Below are positions 1-14,756 of a stretch of 64,000 bases of DNA, in pieces. The position numbers and the translations under genes are program-made. The notes below the pieces were generated by a model, which worked only from the letters and a program-made list of their open reading frames with translations, did not search any database and was not told where the DNA came from. This stretch comes from Epiperipatus broadwayi (lineage: Eukaryota; Animalia; Onychophora): assembly GCA_028023455.1 (NCBI GenBank), contig JAQFVV010000011.1, forward strand, positions 1,178,001-1,242,000. The letters run 5' to 3'. The stretch's first letter is position 1. Every line of letters starts with the position of its first letter.

Positions 1-506
1 CGCTGAGTACGGTAGAAACATTAACTGCCAATTTCGAATTAAGATATTTTTTTTAGTGATTGCTGAAATTATGTTTATTTTTACAAACTGCTACTCTTTG
101 AAAGAAAAGATCCATCTTGAAAATTAATAAGTAAAATGTATAAAATTTAAGTATGTATGAGCGTCTACATATATAAGTACGCGCAAGATGCGTATCCTAT
201 CCATTAACAAATTGCAGAAAAGTGTTTTCTGTTAACTTAACGGAGATACTTTTATTCAACTTTGAGACCTTTAAAGGAAATAAGGAGGACAAACTTCCTA
301 AAATCCTTTTTATACGATTTTGTTATTGCATCTGTTATTACTAAGCGATTGTTCAAACGGTTAATGAATGTAAATGATTGCACCCCTATATGCATCAACC
401 AATGTGTTATTTGGGTTTAAGATTAAAAAAAATACCATGATTTCTTTTCAGTTAACTGATACAACAACTGAAATATCAAATGAGTTTTCTTCCCGGTAAG
501 AAGAGT

Positions 507-1000
507 GGGTCCTGATTTAGTTTGCGCTCGTGGCTATTTTGAAATCTTAAAAACCACCGCTGACACATCCAACGGATAAATGACATAAACATCGAATAAA
601 AGTACTTTTAAATTCATATTTTAGAAATTATAAGATAGTAAAAATAATATTCTTTATTTTATTAATGATTTTTTTTTTTTAATTTACCTTAATAAAACAT
701 TTGAAATACGACGGCAGGAATATGCAGGAAAAGGGATGGATCATTTGGCCGATACAAAGTATCATCTAAAAGATGTAGAAGTATGATCAAACCAAGCTTA
801 TAATTTCGAAATACTAAAAGATTACACTATATACCCTTATAAAATAAAGCATATTATTTTTGCTAACTTACAATTTCTAAAATATGAATTTAAAGTACTT
901 TTATTCAATATTTGTGTCATTTATCGCTTGGATGTGTCAGCAGTGGTTTTGGCTGGACTTTAAATTTCAAAATGGCCGTGAACGCAAAATAAATTGGCAC
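507..1000. mobile_element. MITE-like element with ~130-bp terminal inverted repeats
   Basis: 507-633 (gggtcctgatttagtttgcg...aaccaccgctgacacatcc...aaattcatattttagaaatt) is the imperfect reverse complement of ~868-1000; no ORF; superfamily not assignable. Confidence 0.6.
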
Positions 1001-2295
1001 TGAAGAATGTGTGTAAATAATTTTATTAGATATTTACAATCATGTCAAACAAAACTAAGTTATGGTTTTTACTCTAGGTAGTTGATCACTAAAAGTAAAG
1101 GTTACTAAGAATCTTTTGATTGTGGACTCAGGCTAACATTTGATGATGACTTTTTATAAATACAGATCACTTTCAAATAAAAAAAGATTACTTAAATTGA
1201 AAGAACTGTCTAATATTAAATGAGATGTTGTTGGAGATTGTGAAGTTAGAAAAAAAAGAAGAAGAAATAATTGATGTGAAAAGTGGACGTGTATATAGGA
1301 TTCAAATAGTGGAAGCATATTAAAAGTAAAAAATAGAAGAACACTGTTGTAGATATTGATAATATATCAAACAGAGTAGCAAGATTAGTTATTCAAATTA
1401 ATTAAAAATGCTAAATACAGATAACTCAGGTTTATGCTTCAAGTTATCATTGTGATGGAGAAGTAAATGATTTTTATATGGATAGGAAAAATGCTTTTGG
1501 TCAGACTAAGCAGATTTTAAAATTGTTTTGAGATACTTTAATGGTATATTTAGAAAATGATTGAAAGATAAAAGTATAATGAGTAAATTTGGCTTTGGCA
1601 ATAGAAATGATGAAGAGTCATTGGGAAGTTTTACAAAAAAGAAAAACTGTATATTATGAATTATTTTTTTGAGAAAAATGCTAAATGGAAATAGATATAG
1701 AAGCATTGAACTGAAGATACAATAGGAATATATTTTGACTAATAGAAATATGTATTTGAAGATTGTAATGTTTTTAATAGATTCAACACAGAAATTGATC
1801 ATCATTGATGTAAGATATATGATAATGCAAAATTAGAAAGATAAAAATTACTGAAAAAGATATCGACAAATGATATTTCTAATCTTCAGAAGTATGACAA
1901 TGAATTTAAATTAGGACTTGCCAAACATTTTAAAATATTAATAGTCTTTGAAGATGATTCATATTTAACTGACATCAAAAAAATAGCTGTAGTCTACTAA
2001 TAATTGCAATAAAGATAACTGTTACAAAAAACATTAATTTATCAATAAATTTTTGAGACCGAGAATATATGAACAAAAAGTATTGCAAAGTATTACCAAA
2101 TTCACCACTTTCTTTATTTAGCTGCAATATCTTATGTAATGAATAATTGACTTCACTATTTAATTGTATTACTTATAATATGCTTTAAACATATATAGGT
2201 GAAGGTAATAAATTTTCACAAAAAACAACATTTAGCTTAGCACTTTCGGAGAGTGTTTACTCCATATTCATAGCCATTATTATGTAATATATAAA

Positions 2296-2440
2296 ATGCA
2301 ATTTATCCATTACTTTTGTCCTGCAGTCTAAGTAGCTCTGAAGAAGACTGCAGGATTGTCGAAATGTAAGATTGTGTATGCATAAAGGTACAATAAAAGC
2401 TTTTTTCTAAAAAATGTTCAAAGTAGTGGATAAATTGCAT
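2296..2440 (+). mobile_element. Short hammerhead-bearing element, family A (fold-back ends)
   Basis: 20-bp inverted ends atgcaatttatccattactt (2296-2315) / aagtagtggataaattgcat (2421-2440); CTGAAGA 2338-2344, stem II GAC..GTC, GAAA 2361-2364, GTA; second copy at 61532-61710. Confidence 0.65.
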
Positions 2441-2644
2441 ATTGCATAAATATTTAAAAATGATCTATTAAGAAGAATTGAATACCTGCAGTTATATAGA
2501 ATGATCTGAAAAAGAGTTAACAATGATGTAAAAATATAATTGTGAATTGTCAAGAAAAGCTATAGAAGAAAATTAAAGTTTCAAAAGAATAAAACAACAT
2601 CTTGGTATTGGAAGAAAAAATATTTCATTAATATGAAAAAAACA

Positions 2645-3210
2645 TCACATGATCATCATTTCTTATGCTTGCTCATGCTGTTAAAACAGGCGAAACTCTC
2701 ATACAGTAGTACTACTCATGCAAGCCAGAGTAATCAGTGGATACAAGAAGATTTGTGGCACTACTGTATGGAGAGTTTTGCCTGTTTTAACAGCTTGAGC
2801 AAGCATGAGAAATGGTGATCATGTAATGCTTAGTGGTTTATTACTAATCCTGCTAATAAGACACCAAAATGTATGGGTACTGAACTGAGTTCAGACCTAT
2901 ATAACTATATAAGTTAATGAGTTTGGATTGAAAATATTATGTTTTCAATTTTAGACTCATAGTTTTGTAGTTAAGTAGAGATAAAAGATGGCTGCTGGAG
3001 GGTTGCATTAGATCCTAAGATCTAGGTGCAGTGCTTTCAGATCCAAAGTTCTTCACTGATAAAAACCATAAGCTATAAACTAGTCTGAGGATATTTGATG
3101 AGTAGGCAGTAGATAGGAATTTTATGCACAAACCTTCTTGCATCCATTGATTACTCTGGCTTGCTCTGAGTGGCACTACTGTATTTGAGAGTTGCCTGTT
3201 TTAATATGAA
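2645..3210 (+). mobile_element. Hammerhead-bearing repeat family B: fold-back 3' end (2645-2826) plus longer copy (2830-3210)
   Basis: ~80-bp inverted arms around gccagagtaatcagtggat; decayed core ctgataa..taaactagtc tgagga at 3056-3091; shared end tggcactactgtat(g)gagagttttgcctgtttt. Confidence 0.65.
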
Positions 3211-4274
3211 GAAATAATGGAACTGTCACTTAAAATATTAATGATGTAATGAAATATGTGGAAGATAAAATTGTACCATAATTATGAACATACATACACA
3301 AAGCAAAAACATTATAAGAGATGATACATATAATTAAATCTATAAAGAAAGGAAGTTCCTGCAAATGATGAAATTATATTGATGTCTTAAAAGAAGCAAG
3401 TAAAAAAAAAATAGAAAAAGTATCGATAAAACTAAATATCAATCTTCTATCCATTCTCTAAAATCTTTACCAAAATAATTACAAATCATCTATAGGGAAA
3501 TTTGGGTTTTAGCCAGCAAAAAGAACGATGGATTTAAATGTGGTTTTAGCAAAGTGGATCACATTCAAGTACTGAGAGAGGTTATGGAAAAAAGCCCCAA
3601 TGAATTCGAATTGCCATTAGGGTTTGGATTTGTATATTATAAAAAGATATTTGATTCTATAAGTACCAACAAGACTTAGATCCAGAATATTATCATAATC
3701 TGAAAAATATCAAAATGTAACACCAGCAATTCGATTATATGGTGACAATTAAAAAAAATTAATATTGAGATGGGTGTATAACAGGATGATCCTATATTTC
3801 CAAAACTTTTTACTGCAGTTTATCAAATGAAAAGCTAAAGAGTAAAAATATGTGAAAATTATTTAAGTCATCTAGATTTTATCGTTGATATTATTGTTTT
3901 TGCAAAAAAAAAAATGCTTCAGAGTTCAGAAAAGTCTGTGCTCATATACCCTACATATTACATATATAGACACAGGTATATAATAAGCCTGTGTGTTTCA
4001 GTTATCAGATAAAAGTAAGAAAGTAGGATTAAAAAAACCAAAGTAATATTCAATGGATTTTCTCAGAAGAAGATAATAAAGATTAATAATTATGAATTTA
4101 AAAAAGTTAATTTCAAAAAACCAGATCAGATTATTAATACTAGTGAAAATACAATGGATGGAATTAATCATAGAATTAAACTTGAATAAAATACTTTTAG
4201 TAGAAATAACTTAATATTAAAAAAATATATACATATATTTTTGAAAAGGAAAGTTTTTAATATATCTGTTTTAC

Positions 4275-4700
4275 ACAGAGGCAACATTCTCCATACAGTA
4301 GCACCATCGGTGAAATCCAGAATAATCAATGGATGTAAGAAGGTGTGTGCATAAAATCCGTCTATTCATCTGATATCCACAGACTAATTTCTAGCTTGTG
4401 GCTTTCATCAGTGAGAAATCTTGGATCTAAGAGCACTGCACCTAGATCTTAGGATCTAATGCAACAAATGGTTTAATAGCAATGCTGTTCAATAGGATTA
4501 TGGTGACTCTAGTTATTAAAGAAATAAAGCCATCAAAAAGTATGGATGTTGAACTGAGTTTGGGTCTATACAACTATACAAGCATGTGAAATTAGCTTAA
4601 AAGCATTATTGTGTTTTATTTTGGACTCAAAGATTTATAGTTAGCTAAAAAAGTAAAAGGTAGTTGCTGGAGGGTTGCATTATATCCTAGGATCTAGGTA
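4275..4700. mobile_element. Family B copies in opposite orientations (minus 4275-4470, truncated plus 4480-4700)
   Basis: Minus strand 4411->4382 reads CTGATGA AAGC CACAA GCTA GAAA TTAG TC; ttaggatctaatgcaac matches the reverse complement of gttgcattagatcctaag at ~3002 and ~4675. Confidence 0.65.
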
Positions 4701-7700
4701 AAATAAAAATATAGATATTTATCAGGTAAAAAAAGACATATTATATATACTAAATTGTATGGAAAAAAATCAAGAAAATATAAATATATAATAATTCCAA
4801 CTGCTGCAAGAATTGAAAGAGATCTTACATAATAAAGTAGATTTTAAACTTCAATATTTTCAGAAAATATTAACCAAAGCACTAATTTTATATTAGTTAA
4901 TCATTCAAATGTGTTTTTTTTTTTACTCTGCTATCTAAAGAATAATTATATGAATCATAATTTAAAATAAATAATCAAATAGTTTACTATGTGATAATTA
5001 ATACAAATTTTGAACACCAGAAATGACAGAGGTGGGCTATGGTTCAAGGATTTTGAGCCCCCTTTTATACCACTGCACTAAACTATGTGGGGAAATATAA
5101 TTTAAAAAGGTACTTTAGTTAGCATGTTTCATCAGTAAATATTTTACCATAAGATGTAACAGCTATTTTAAAACACGTTCTTTTATCAGTCAGTTTAAAG
5201 AGATTGATAATTAATATCAAATATTAAATAAACTAAAACAGAAAGTTTATTTATTACCCATGATTCAGCTTTTTGTACAAATTAAGGCTAAGGTTTCTCT
5301 AGAAATAACGTATATATGAAGTTGAAATGTCACATGTGATATATGAATTGTTTGATAAGGTCTATGTTTCTAATGTATCTATGGTCTGAAATGTTGGTCT
5401 GATTTCTGGGCTGATGGATGTTTGTGATTGGCTTTCAAGCATGATATAAGTCATTGGAATCTTCAGTTATTTCCTATTCAGTTATATATAATCTGAGTTA
5501 TTTACTTATTTATTAATAGTAAAACAATAAAAAGTAATAGGAGGGTTTAGTGTAAAATGTTTCATAGAGAAGAAATCCTTAACTCAACTAATAGGAATTA
5601 CAACATCAAAAAACATTAAATACAGAAGTGAAATAAAATATAAATTATTAAAATTATGGAATTGTAAATGGTAAGAACAAAAACAATAGTTAGTATTTGG
5701 TGCAGTCAGTGTTTAATAATTTTAAGAAAATATCATGCTACACATTTATTTCTTTATTCTCATCGAATATCAGCATAATCCAATGGGTAACCTCATCTGA
5801 GACTTATTTGATATGTAATTAATTTATCAAACATGGGATTCAAAAAATAGATTTGGTCTGGCATTGTCCTATTAAAATATGCTAGTGAAACCTATCTGCA
5901 GATAAATACCTGCCAACATGTCACAATTTTCCCACCAAATCATGATGAATATGAACACCACGGTACATTGTACATTAAGGGTTTTTTCAGACAGATTTGT
6001 TACTAACATTGTCTTCATGTAGACACCATATTTTTGTCACTATCACAGTTTCTGATCTAGTAGAACAAAATCAAGAGAAATAAAAGCAATAGATGGTAAA
6101 TAAAACATTTACTCTAATATTGCTAAATTCCAGGATTATTTTTTAATATGACTGCTTCACACTACTTTACTCTTCTGTTATAATATTCTCTATGCTGTGT
6201 TTATACTTCTTACATGAGATTGGTGAAGTTGTGGATTTTCCATCTTGATCTTTTTGCTTAATCCAAAAGTGTAAGAAATATACATATATGTTTGTGGTAA
6301 TGAGCACCTATCTATCCATGTTACATAACATGATTTCAATTAATTCAATTATATTTCTTGTGGCTATTACAATGTAGCTAATGGGACTTAGTTCTGTGAG
6401 TGTAATTATTATTTCTCTCCACTATTATCTATTCATTCACCAAATGTATTACATAGGTTTTTCTCAGTCGTGCAAATTTTTATAAAAAAAAACAAATATT
6501 TGAAATACAGGCACACTTCATATACCTGGAGCTTAATTGTAAATATATTGTATCAGTGGTACGAGATAGTGTGGATAGTTGAAAGGTGCTTAAAAGTCTG
6601 AGTTTAAATCCCCTATATTTAAAAAATAGATATTCATATATACATGTATATTTTTTATTAAGTCCTAATGCTGTACGACTTTAGTATTTTAAGATACATC
6701 TCTAACTTAAGATAAATTATGAGATGGCAAGCAATAGTGCTGATCGAGATTAGCACATGATCATGATTCCAAGAATTGCCACAGGACAACAAATTAACTT
6801 ATTAACATATACACGAGCTAATGTTACTCTTCTTAGAGAGTGTTTAAGAGAAATAAGAAAGGGTGAGAAATAACTTTTAAAAAGGTTAATTTAAATATCT
6901 GTTAAAGCTATTTCCTAGCAATCCTCTTCATTGGATGTTTAAAAATAAAAAAAGAATGCAGACAGAAATTTCATGATTAAGCGTGAGAATTACTTTAATA
7001 GTACTCTCGAACCAGCTTCCCATCTTAATACATGTGTTGCAAACCAAAAAGAAAATAATGGAAAACACAATCCGTATATATTCAGTAGGAATAATAATTA
7101 CTTGTGAAATGAAAAAATATATTTGAAAAATATAACTTATATAAAATTTGTAATTACAACAGGCATTACATTAAAAAAAAGATAATACATTTTTTAAAAG
7201 TTATTTTAAGTACTTTTCTTCAATCTTATAATTTAAATATTTAAATAATCAAATCGCTTTTTTTTTTTTTAAATAATAAGAAATCTTAAATGTTATCTAA
7301 TTATTTTTCTTTTTTTAAATAAAAAATATAATAATTAAAAAAAAATTAATAGCAAAGTTTTTATTTTATTTGAAAAATAAAAGGCATTATTCTATTAAAA
7401 TCTTAATCAAATTTGCTTTTATTTTTACATCTTTAATTAATGTATGAAGGAATTCTATTTTACATCCCTAGAGAATTAGTTAACCCTTTACTGCTCGAGT
7501 ATGATTTTATTTACAAAACGTATAAGGTAATGATGACCAGAAATATAGAATCATCGGCTTAAAAAAAAAGTTGGATCTTAAATAAAGTGAAGAATTTATG
7601 TTGTTATATAAAATTAAAAATGGTTGAGGAATATCAGTATGATTCTAAGTAAACAAAAACTTTTTAAAAAATGTTTGTCCTTCATGAAAGTATGAACTAA

Positions 7701-8229
7701 TAATATCTGGTATAATTCATTAACTTAAAATCTCTATTGCACGAAGAGTTAAAATATAATGCAACCAACTGCTACATTGATTGGCGACTTTACAGCCTCC
7801 TGATTGTAAATATTTATTTTTAAAAATTTCATTCACACACACATTCATCCTTTCTTCAAGAAAACTCAACTCTTATTTCACATAAGAATCATAAGGGCTA
7901 ATGGGAAAAAAGCAGGATGTTTCGGATCTTAAACTGAAAGGTGAAAAATCAGTAAACTCATCATGCTGTCTGATTAATGATGGTGTTCAACCCGTCATGT
8001 TTCGTTGCTATATGAACAATAACAGCAATGATGGCTGTGACAATGAGATTGCATGGAATGAATATTAGGAATTTGCCTAATTTGGCTTCTTAAGACGAAT
8101 CAAAGGATTTTCTTTCTTTTAACAGTAAAATCTTTTGTGTAGCCATTCATTATAATATATTACTTTCATTTTAAACATTTAACTACAAAGAGTGAAAAAA
8201 ATAGGGAGAGGCTTTTGATGTCATGATAA

Positions 8230-8440
8230 ATAATATTTCTGTAGTGTAATTTTCACTACTTCACTCTTCCACTTTTAACACCTTGTGAAGGGATATCCAT
8301 AAGGTGTTAAAAGTGGATAGAAACCAGTCTCTAGTGAGAGAGTGGCACAATGAAAATTACACTACAGAAATATTATTCATTATTGGATAATTTCTAGTCT
8401 AATAAATGACTAATAAAAATTATTAGTATACTTTCATTAA
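8230..8440. mobile_element. Fold-back repeat family D (second partial copy ~10870-11020)
   Basis: 26-bp inverted arms 8230-8255/8351-8376, inner arms ccacttttaacacctt/aaggtgttaaaagtgg; GAAACCAGTC at 8320-8329 resembles a hammerhead stem III but the CUGANGA box is not intact. Confidence 0.45.
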
Positions 8441-10774
8441 GTGATTTGTGCCAAAGTTGTGAGGGCATCATATTTGACACTTATTAGACAACTTGTAGTA
8501 ATTTACTACCTATATATATATTAACAGGAGAAATAGGATCGTATTATTGATATGTTATTGAATGTCCAATGATTGGCTGTACCACAAGTAACAAGACAGT
8601 ATTAACACATGACTCGATGCCATGTGACTGGAAACCATATATAACTGAATGATCTATTTTTCAAGAGTCATATGTCTCATTATGATCATTAATCTCACTA
8701 ATTCAGTTGATATAATCATAAGAGTATTAATGGTTAAATAGAAAAAAATCTGATTTAATATGCCTTCTTCCATTTACCCTCTACTTCAGCTCAAATTATG
8801 CCATGATATTCAAACTCAGAAAGAATATGTATGGGTTCTACTTCAGAGTATGATTGCATCATGCTTGTACCCAAATTATATATATGTGATGTGATGATTT
8901 GTGGAGCAGATAAATAGCAAAGATTTCAACTATTATAATAATTTATTTAATAAAGTTATTAACATAACAGATTTTGTTCATAATTATAGTTTAACATAAT
9001 ATGTGAGTTGTGCAATTATTAACTGAACATTGGATAAGCTTTATTATCTCTCATTTTATTTCTTGAACATCTGGTAATCCAATCCTGTTTTATCCCTACA
9101 AAGGATAATCATTCATTACTCAAACTTATTAATTTAAACTTTATAACACAAAAAGAAATTAAAAGATTATTATATATTTACCCTAACTAATTTTCCTATC
9201 CTTAGCTTTTTCTTGTTTTTCTTTATGGTGAGTTTATCCATGGATTAGAATTTTTGTAAGAATTACTCTATGTGTTGAAAGTCATAGAATACGATAATAT
9301 GATAGGAAATACCAGTCATACTAGTGTTTTAATCATATATCTTGAATAACAATTATTTAATAAACAAATTAGTTATAACAAACATGTAATATTTCACATT
9401 GTAATTGTCATAGTATATATATATATATTGAATATTACATAAAATAATAAACTCTTAACTTTTAGTCTATAACTAATCAAACTTATTGTTAAACAAGCTT
9501 GGGATATCTATGTCTACGATTTATTAATAAGTTGAAATAATAATTTTTCAGGCCATCTCCTCTATATAAATCTAACTTATTGTTGGATGAAATTCATCTA
9601 TTATCAAAAAAAAAAAGAAATTAGCATAATAAGAAGAAAGATATATATATATTATATTAATTGTGTATAGTAAAGCTAAAGTTTAAATTATCAAAAGTTC
9701 ATATTGACAAATGTTCAAGGAATTTTCTTTTAGGAAATCCTTTTATCTCACATACAATCCACTGTACCATATTTGAATGCTGTTCGAATCTTCACTATGG
9801 TGATTACATTTCTTTCATTGACAGTATTCGCTCCAATCTAAGAAGTTTCTTTGGTTTATTGTAGCATATTTTTGGCATTTTATTCAGCATGGATGGAGTA
9901 AATGCTAATTTTAACAAACTAAAATCTAACATTTATGGTTATATGTGAACAATTTCATCTCCACGATGTCTTCTCTCTTTTAGCCAGACATAGCTACATA
10001 ACTCTGTTGATAAGTTTGCTTGATGTTCTCAGTTTATAGAGTTAATAGTGGATTTTTAATTTTAAAAACCTTGCATTAAGATTGAGATGATTTCTTAATT
10101 TTGATGCTGAAATTCACTATTATCATGAATAAAATGTTTCCCAGATTTGTAAAGTAAATTTTTACAGAATATATGATTTATCCATATAGACTCAAGCAGT
10201 TTTCTCCTTATCTCCCATTATTACTTTCTTCTTTAAAAGTATGACGTTTCATTGGCTGTTGTTCAATGCTCTTGAATAGTGGGTTTGAAATTAGATTTCT
10301 CTAAAATGTGTATTGAATAGCCAATGTTATTTTCAAATCTCTTTTTTTTTTTTTCAAAGAAGAAAAGTCTTCCATTTTCTAAAAAAAAAAAACCTGTTTC
10401 ATTGTGTTTTATATTTTTTTATTATTACAGTATATCATTTTTATTTCAATTATTGACATCATTTGAATATATGCATGTCTTGTTATGGATTACCAAGTAA
10501 TAAAAATTTAATTATTTCCTTTTTTTGATTTTCATGAATTGTTTGCTTGTATTGTGAAGTTTGACTATTTGTAAGTCAGTATTGTTAAGACTATAATTTT
10601 AAATGACAATTTTAAACAAAATTATTAGTATATAATTAATAATGTGCTTTTGACTATTGTTGATGGTAGATTTAATCTTAGGATGTATGCGTATGTAGTG
10701 CTTTTTGGTGGTATGTAAAGTGTATCCTTATATTTATACACTGAACAATAATAAAGATATGTGTAAGTGATTAT

Positions 10775-10836
10775 GGTCTTAGCCAACTGATGAGTACTGG
10801 TGCAGCAAGAAATATGCATCTTAGGAATTATAGACC
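10775..10836 (+). ncRNA. Minimal type I hammerhead ribozyme motif, family E (partly decayed)
   Basis: CTGATGA 10787-10793, GTACTG-GTG-CAGCAA (decayed stem II), GAAA 10809-10812, palindromic ATGCAT, TC; distal stem I ggtct/agacc. Confidence 0.5.
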
Positions 10837-11469
10837 TTTTTCACATGTCTTTAGCCATATGTTTATGTTTACATCTCTCTACAAACATATTAAAAGTGGA
10901 TAGAAACCATTCCCTGCCTGGTGTGTGATGGAGGAATGAAAATTACTGTACAGAAATATTATTCATTATTGGATAATTTCTAATATAATGAATAGCTAAT
11001 AGAAAATTATTAATATACTTTCTGATGCCAGATTTTGGTAATTTTGATGTTAAAAATATGCACTGATTTTAAAGTTAATATTACATTGATACTAGTATAA
11101 ATAAACAATAATAACATTTTTTCTATGAATTTTACAATGTTAATGCAATATTTTCTTATTCAACATTTTCAAAAATAGATGATAGTTTCGACCATCTAAC
11201 AATCTTCTTCAGAGAATCATATACTTATTTTGTAATAGTTTATTATTTAATATCAAATAATAGATGTGAATCAAACAAATAATATAAAATAGACATCCGA
11301 TATTTATAAATCAGTATTCAATTTTTGATGCTAGAGGTATTCAATTAAAAAAAAATTAGAGATCCATAGTTTTACCCAAGTTGGAAGATAAGAGCATATT
11401 ACCACTAATAGATGTCTGAATTATGCAGACTATGAAAAACTTGACTTATAAACAATGAAATAGATATCT

Positions 11470-12048
11470 GAAGGTTTGTGATGAAGGTATTCTAGATGTG
11501 ATAATATGTTTGACTATTTCCATCATCTATCATTAAATATTGAATGTCTAGAAAGTTTTAAACTTTATTTATACTTTTACAAATACAAACGACTGCTAGT
11601 AAAACACACACAAGTTAGTAGATAAAGACATATTAGTAGAATACATAGGATAGTAGATTACAATGTTTTGAGTGGTATTATTCTCCACACTTTTTCAGGT
11701 GTTGCTGGCTTGACCAGGGACAATGCTAACATAGGAGTCAAACTTGCATCTTTAGTTTTTTGAATATCAAATTTTAAGACAATGTTCTAACCAATTGAGC
11801 TATTATTTCAAAGGTTTTTGGCAGAATAAATTGTTTGGTTAGAGCATTGTCTTAAAATTGGTTGGAGTGTTATCTTAAAATTCAATATTTTAAGAATATA
11901 AAGGTGTAAGTTTGATTCCTATGTTAGCATTGTCACTGGTCAAGTTAATAATCCTTGATGAAGAGTGAAAAGTAATATCACTTGAAATGTTATGTAATCT
12001 ACTATTCTATATTGTTACTAACCTGTGTTATCTACTAACTTGTGTGTT
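11470..12048. mobile_element. Family C fold-back: two head-to-head copies of a tRNA-head + hammerhead element
   Basis: 11603-11802 is the imperfect reverse complement of ~11835-12048; each arm has A-box-like TAGCTCAATTGG (minus 11802-11791), B-box-like AGTTTGA(C/T)TCC (minus 11744-11734; plus 11909-11919) and a hammerhead-like core ~35 nt downstream (plus ttgatga 11955, gaaa 11984). Confidence 0.65.
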
Positions 12049-12399
12049 ATTATTAAGAGTTGTTTGTATTTGGAAGCTGATGAAAATAATCCAACATATT
12101 TTCACAAATAGAAATGTATCATTTATGGATTAACAATTTAAGCATTAGCAAACTTTAGATGAGAAAGTCATACTATTAATTATTCAAATTATGAGTAACA
12201 GCAAATTGTGTAGCTCTCAATGCAAGAATGTTCTAAGAATGATCATTCAATATAATCTATAAATTTTTGATTGATGTTAGTATGGTTTTGTACACATTTA
12301 ACATTATCAAAGTACAAATCCATGTTCAATAATTCAATCACATGAGAAAGAAATTTAAAATTACTTATATACTGATAAAATTTTGAGACAAGATATATC

Positions 12400-13150
12400 T
12401 TAAATGGTCAATGACAGGAATGTTGAAGAAATGTAAAAAGAAAATGTTATTGGTACATTGTAGATATGGAATCAAAGATGAAATAAAATTATAATTATGT
12501 TTTTGTGAATCCAATGCTCTTTCTTATGAAAATTATATTTTCTGTGTAGTTAAAAATGATCTATATACATGAATTTCAGTAGATGAAGTTTCCTGGCACT
12601 CATATCTAATGATGAATACATTATCAGGAACAGATTATAAATTACTTATCTATATATTTTTAAGTAATTGTGATAAAGAATAATAAACACCTCTGATTCC
12701 TGATATATCTTCTCATTAGAAATTGATGTAATCAATAATGAAACAAATGAACTGCAATCGCAAGAAGAAAAAAATATGAATCTAAAAAAAGTTTGATTAA
12801 AATGAAACAGAAAAACAAAATTTGAAGTAATAAATAAACTTGTCAGAAAATTCAAAGAGTATCTTGGAAAGTCAAGAAACAACACCATAATATTATTTGC
12901 AAAGATATTGAATATGGAAATAAGCCAGGAAAACAAACATTGTCTTTCAAAAGATTCAGCAGATCAAGAGATTCAACCATAAATAGGTTATCTAAAAAAT
13001 AGAAATGGACAGGTCATAACTAAAGAAACAAGCATTGAGCAGAGATTAAAGGAATATAATAAAGAAAATATAAAATCTACACCAAAATATTTTTTTAAAA
13101 AGCCAGGTGTAAAAGAAGAAACATTAGAAATGGAAAACAAACTTAAATTA
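12400..13150 (+). mobile_element. Decayed RTE-like LINE fragment (between APE and RT)
   Basis: IGYLKNRNGQVITKETSIEQRLKEY (~12982-13056) resembles the RTE linker I.D..G..LT...I..RWKEY. Confidence 0.45.
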
Positions 13151-13584
13151 TCTTTGACTGACAAAGTTTGTGCAGAGTGATCCGAAAAGAGGAGCGATTT
13201 AGTTTTATGCCAAATTATATAGTACTCATAGAAAAATAAGTATAAAAGAGTATTTCAACATTGTTAAGAGGTGTTATATGTTGAACTATTTCCATCATTC
13301 AATTGAATTATCAAATGTTTACAGAAAAAAATAAACTTTATTTAACAATTTTCTGAACACCATTAACTTTTGTAATAATACACAGATTATTATAAAACAT
13401 AATGTTTTAGGCATTATTTTTCTTACAATCTTGACAGCCTGAACAATGACATTCTTTCACAGAGATTGATCAGCAATGGTAGATTCACAAAGATTAAATT
13501 TAAGTGATGATCTAATCAGCTAATTCATTCTGCCAATGAAGAATTAACCTAGTTGATTGCACACTGTCTTAAATGTAACTAATC

Positions 13585-13735
13585 TAATTGGTTAGAACAT
13601 CACTTTAAATTCAGTTTTTATGTATCTAAAGTTTACCAGTTTTATCCCTATGTATCAGATGAACAACAGTTGAAGAAGAGAGCAGGACAATATATAAATA
13701 TGACTAAAATACCAACATTACAAAACTTCAGGAAA
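13585..13735 (+). mobile_element. Internally deleted family C copy
   Basis: ctaattggttagaacat head, aacaacagTTGAAGAagag (13670-13676), and 3' end actaaaataccaacattacaaaacttcag matching the reverse complement of 14757-14790. Confidence 0.5.
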
Positions 13736-14089
13736 GCAGACAAAATAATACTTGAAATGCTGAATTCTATATACTTCCGTATGTATTTAGAAAGGCATAT
13801 ATAAAATGTAAATTTAAAAAAAAACCACTTAACAGTTTAATTATAAATTTATTAAATGCACATTGATTATGTAAGTAATATTTACTGAGGCTATAACCTC
13901 AATAATATGCGTATAAAATGCGATAGTAGGGACCTCTACAGGTATTTTAACCACAAGCTTACGCTATGGAAGAAAAGAGGTGAACTAAATGATGGAAAGA
14001 GTCCAATATATAACTACAAGTGACTACCATCATCATAATGCTCAGGAGAACATTCTTAATAGGAGTCTTGATATTGAAGTAGAAATACA

Positions 14090-14245
14090 CAGGGACTAAA
14101 CTCTCCATACAGTAGTGCCACTCAGTGCAAGCCAGAGTAATTAATGGATGCACATTGAGTAGCACTACTGTATGAAGAGTTCAGCCTCTGTGTATATAGC
14201 TTGTATAGGCATAAAGAATGGTGATCATGCAATGTTTAGTGGTTT
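14090..14245. mobile_element. Family B fold-back insertion with 13-bp TSD
   Basis: Arms actctccatacagtagtgcc / gcactactgtatgaagagt; exact flanking repeat aagtagaaataca at 14077-14089 and 14246-14258. Confidence 0.75.
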
Positions 14246-14756
14246 AAGTAGAAATACAATTAAAGTAGGTTAATGTGAAAGATATTCATTTGTATTACAT
14301 ATTCTCACCTTATCTATTCAATATATATTCTGAATATGTATGAGAACAGATCTTTACAAACAAAAATCAAAATTATTCAATCTATAATATTTTTTTGGTG
14401 ATTCTCTAAAAACGTGAAATTTGAACTTATTGATGCTTTTGAATTAATAATAGCAAAGATTTTTGAGGTTACCATATAAAATAAGAAAATGTTACCTCAC
14501 TTGAGGCATAGGTGATCAGATTGGAAATATCATATTTTGGTGTATTAAAGATTGATCTAATTTATTATAAAATTGTAGTTAATCATTGCAACACTGACAA
14601 ATGATGTTGTTTTGATGAAATACTATTCATTTAACTGCCAGAAATCAATATCTTCTAGACATCATACAAATAATAATAGTACTTCTGTGAAATGAGTAGT
14701 GGTAGTTATAGAATACTACTTTTAACACACACACACACATAATATATTCATGTTTT

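Larger units (their letters stand above)
1090..4270 (+). mobile_element. Decayed RTE-clade LINE (APE+RT), split by several short insertions
   Basis: Broken translations: ELSNIK*DVVGDCEVRK (~1200-1255), QITQVYAS (~1416-1440), RT-region DHIQVLREVMEK and LGFGFVYYKK (~3555-3645), LKRKVFN (~4240-4260); colinear with the RTE at 60340-63370. Confidence 0.75.

Noticed and set aside
2235-2280. Minus-strand GGAG..CTCC GAAA GTGC hammerhead-like motif
   Set aside because: CUGANGA box not recognisable and only one copy seen.
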